This document shows, piece by piece, positions 60,494 through 64,000 of a stretch of DNA of 64,000 nt. The notes under the pieces were generated by a model. That model was not told where the DNA came from, did not search any database, and worked only from the letters and a program-made list of their open reading frames with translations. The DNA is taken from assembly GCA_950079155.1 (NCBI GenBank), contig CATMWH010000003.1, forward strand, positions 172,247 through 236,246, given 5' to 3'. The stretch's first letter is position 1; each line of letters begins with the position of its first letter. The translations under genes were made by a program, and so were the position numbers. The stretch comes from an uncultured Christensenella sp. GTDB taxonomy: Bacteria > Bacillota > Clostridia > Christensenellales > UBA3700.

Positions 60494-63400
60494 ATGCGAC
60501 GAGCAATTGGAAATCAAAAACTTATGATATTGAGCCTTGTTTTGGTTTGCATAGTCATTGTTATGGGGATAAATAATTATCAAGATAATGACGTTGCTTA
60601 TGCAGACGTAAGCGCGCAACCATTTGCTACGTCGCATGAAATATGCACGCCGTCTGATCTTTTGACGTTGGCGGATGAAGTCAACAAAGGACTTTATGAC
60701 GGTTTTTATGGTATTAAGATTGAATTGAAAAATGATATAGATATCGGTATGATTTGCGAGGAACTCGATTTTGGAGCCGGATGGATTCCAATAGGAACTT
60801 CAACTTATCCATTTAAGGGGGATTTTAACGGCAACGGATATACTATCAATGGACTTTACATAAATAAAGAAGATACTGAACGCGTCGGTTTGTTTGGTAA
60901 TACTCATTTCAATGCAACAATTTCAAATCTTACAGTTGCAGGTTTCGTCAAAGGGAATAATTATACAGGTGGCATTGTAGGATACAATCAAGCGCAAATT
61001 GAAAATTGCGTAAATATAACGACTGTTGATGCGAAAGATGGATCTATGCACTTGGGAGGTATTGCAGGATATAATTCCGGAACCATATCAAAATCAGGAA
61101 ATATGGGCAGTATTAACGCAGGCTTTGTCAATTTTGTTGCCGGTATTGCGGGAAGTAATATAGGCGTAGTTAAGGAATGTTATAACAACTCAAATCTAAA
61201 TACAATGGATTCGGTAATTGGAGCAATAGTAGGCAACAACTCTTTGGACGGGGTTATAGAAATTTGTCTCAATGGCCAAGAAATTTCAGGCAAAGCAAGT
61301 GTTGGGGGTATCGTCGGTAGTAATTATGGATTTATAAAGAATGTTTTCAATTCAGGTAGTGTCAACTCTGTCAATGGAACAGCAGGCGGAATAACCGGGT
61401 ATAATGATGAAAGCGGTGACCTCTCATATGTCTTGACTGCATCTAAAGTCACAGGCGCGGAAGATATTGCAGCCGTTTGCGGTTACAATCGAGGACTAGT
61501 TAGAGCGGCTTTTTATGATAATACGATATATGAAGGCGCGCTTCTTAATGGTTTAACTGCCGAGTATTCCGCAGGGCTAACAACACGCATTTTATCGCAT
61601 TCGGATGTTTTGAATGTAGAAGATAAATTAGGCGCGTTGACAGAGTCAAATCCTGATATGTGGACTAAAACATCTTTTTGGGAGCAAGGTTGCCATTATC
61701 CACAACTAATATATTTTTTAAATAATTTACCGTCTCTTTCCAGTCAGGTATGTAGCGTAACGCAAACTCAATTAGATAGCAAAGACGTTACTCTTGGCAA
61801 GACGTCGTTTGTTTATGACGGAGAGGATCATACAGTTGATATTTATTATGGCGATATTTTGCTTGAACTAGAACAGGATTATAATGTGAGATATGACGAC
61901 AACGTAAATGCAGGAACGGTAGAAGTTAGCGTAACGTTTATTAATTCTTTCTCAGGCAGCGCTATAAAAATTTTCACTATTGAGCAATCTGTTTTGACAG
62001 TTGCATGGGATGTGGATAAATATATTTATGACGGAGAGACGCATATACCAACGGTGAAAGTAATAAACGGCTTGATAAATGGCGAATCGGTTATTTTTGA
62101 TTATTCGGATGTGACAGCTATAAATGTTGGCGAGTATTACGTTAAAGCTGATCTATCAAACGCTTCTATAAATTCAAATTATTCACTTCCTGTGACGGAA
62201 CTTTGGTACGAGATTTCGCCTGCTGTCATCACTGTTGATTGGACGGGTGATAATTTTGTTTACAATGGCAATCTGCAAAGGCCGACTGCTTTCGTGTTGA
62301 CGGGACGAGTTGGAAACGACGATATTACATTTCGATACGAAGGACTAGATAATATTAATGCAGGGGAGTAAAGTGTTACAGCCTTTTTGCAAGATACTTC
62401 TATAAATAGTAACTATTTATTTGCAGGAGATACTGATATCTACACTATAGCAAAGCAACCTATAACTATAGAATGGGAAGATAGTGATTTTTATTACAAC
62501 GGATTTGTCCAATATCCAAAAGCTAGAGTATCAAGCGGTAAGATAAATGATGACGATATTACTTTTGACTACTGTGGGTATGAGAACAATATCCAAGCCA
62601 ATGAGGATGACGGTTATACGGTCACGGTTACACTTGCAGATACAAAGGTAAATGCAAATTATTATTTTGAGGATGTCAGTATCGCATATTTTATATGTAA
62701 GGTTCCACTTACTCTTGCTTGGTGGGATATTACGTTGGAATACACGGGGTTGCCACAATATCCACCATTTTACATTGAGCAAGGTCTTATCGGTGAAGAA
62801 GAGGTTGAGTTTGATTTGTCGGACTATTCTCACAACGTAAACGCTAGTTTTGGCAATGCTTATACTATTAACGTATCATTGTCTGATAATCCGGTAAATT
62901 CTAATTATTCGTTGAAAGATACTTCAAAATCATATGATATTTTCAAAGCTGATTTCGATTTGTACTCAGTAGAATTTCGTTCGCGTACGTTGGGCTATGA
63001 TGGTGCACCTAAAAACATTGAGATTGACAATGATTTACCAATAGGTGTCGACGTGGTTTATGACAACAATATCCTTACCGATATCGGGGAATATATTGTT
63101 ACGGCTAAATTTTCAGTGGATCTTGTCAATTACAATCCTCTTGAATATGACACGTTACAAGTTAAGATTTATATTGCTCAGATGATATTTAGAGATGCGT
63201 CAAGTGGAATTATTGTTACTAATAAAGGGTCGGCTGATTCATTGTTGCAACTTGATTTGGTATCAAAGTCAAAGTCTTCTTTGAAGGAATCAGGTAAAAA
63301 AGTGTTTCTTGCATATGAAGTTGATTTTGGAAACGTTATGGCGGAGTATTCAGTCCCTATTAGTGAAAAATTGCAGAAAAGCAAAGGATTGAAAGTGCTT

Positions 63401-64000
63401 TGCAAAAACGCCTCTGGCGAAGTTGTCGCAGTTGATTTTATCATTGAAGACAGCATGATAATTTTTTCTGCAGAGGATATTGTCGAATTTGCAATTATAA
63501 CGGATTACAATTTTACGGCGTTATGGATTGTTTTAGTGGTAATAGGAGTTGCAATATTGGCAGGAGGCGTTGTTTCCATTTTAAATATCCTGAAAAGACA
63601 TCAGCGCTCTGCAGCCAAAGTTAATATATCAGGAGCTTTGGCAGATGCCCAAACAACGTTGACAATTGATGATAATGCAGTTCAAGCGGCAGAGAATGTT
63701 GAAGAATTATCAAATGAGGAAGTTTTAGCGTCTGAAAACATAGCGCAAGAAGAGCAAGATAATAATCGAGATATATTGCCAACGCAACAAAGTCATGAAA
63801 TCGGTAGCGATAATTCGAATATCGAAGTTGGAACGGAATTTGTTTTTGATGGAGTTAAATGCGCTTCGTTGGAGTGGTTTATGAAAAGCCTTGGAGTTAA
63901 GACTGTCTCAAAGCAAGAGCGTATTTGCGCTGGCGATGACTATGCTTTACTTTTATTCGAAGCCAGACCTCTAAGCGTCGTTTATTGGCAGGGAAAACGT
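60494..64000 (+). pseudogene. GLUG/MBG-repeat surface protein interrupted by in-frame TAA (62369-62371); continues through a TM helix into a NADAR-like tail beyond the window edge
   Basis: Manual translation of 62372-64000 in the same frame has no stop and continues the repeats (..NINAGE*SVTAFL..INSNY..); TM at about 63521-63583. Confidence 0.8.

Noticed and set aside
62369-62371. Genome-wide stop-codon reassignment
   Set aside because: TAA, TAG and TGA all terminate well-conserved genes normally in this window.

Overview
Chromosomal window from what is probably a low-GC Clostridia-type bacterium (inferred from Firmicute-like housekeeping proteins, sigmaA promoters and RBSs). Housekeeping genes (dut, nrdDG with tandem NrdR boxes, ClC channel, ABC-F, gdhA, dat-alr, GH51, GH20, GPH-family MFS) are interspersed with accessory blocks. 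The strongest signal is a 6.4-kb integrase/Xis/rolling-circle-Rep element that cuts tRNA-Thr(GGT) in the anticodon loop. The 5' half is left at 39061-39099 and the 3' half at 45523-45567, while a complete identical replacement tRNA sits just inside the left end (39226-39301). Its cargo includes two proteins sharing an N-terminal leader ending in FE-M and a UDG-superfamily glycosylase with an extra tail, which suggests an anti-phage or phage-parasite role. Other accessory features: (1) a transposase-less single-gene cassette bounded by inverted repeats that seems to sit inside a split bidirectional terminator (11.4-12.6 kb); (2) two leaderless XRE micro-switches beside a serine resolvase; (3) three tandem lipoproteins with constant ends and variable middles upstream of a frameshifted lipase-LRR-PGRS-like protein; (4) an ECF sigma/C39-like peptidase/anti-sigma locus with a repeated candidate promoter heading an 18-kb surface-protein cluster, whose last adhesin has an in-frame TAA and a NADAR-like cytoplasmic tail. 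All family calls are by eye from motifs; no database search was run.
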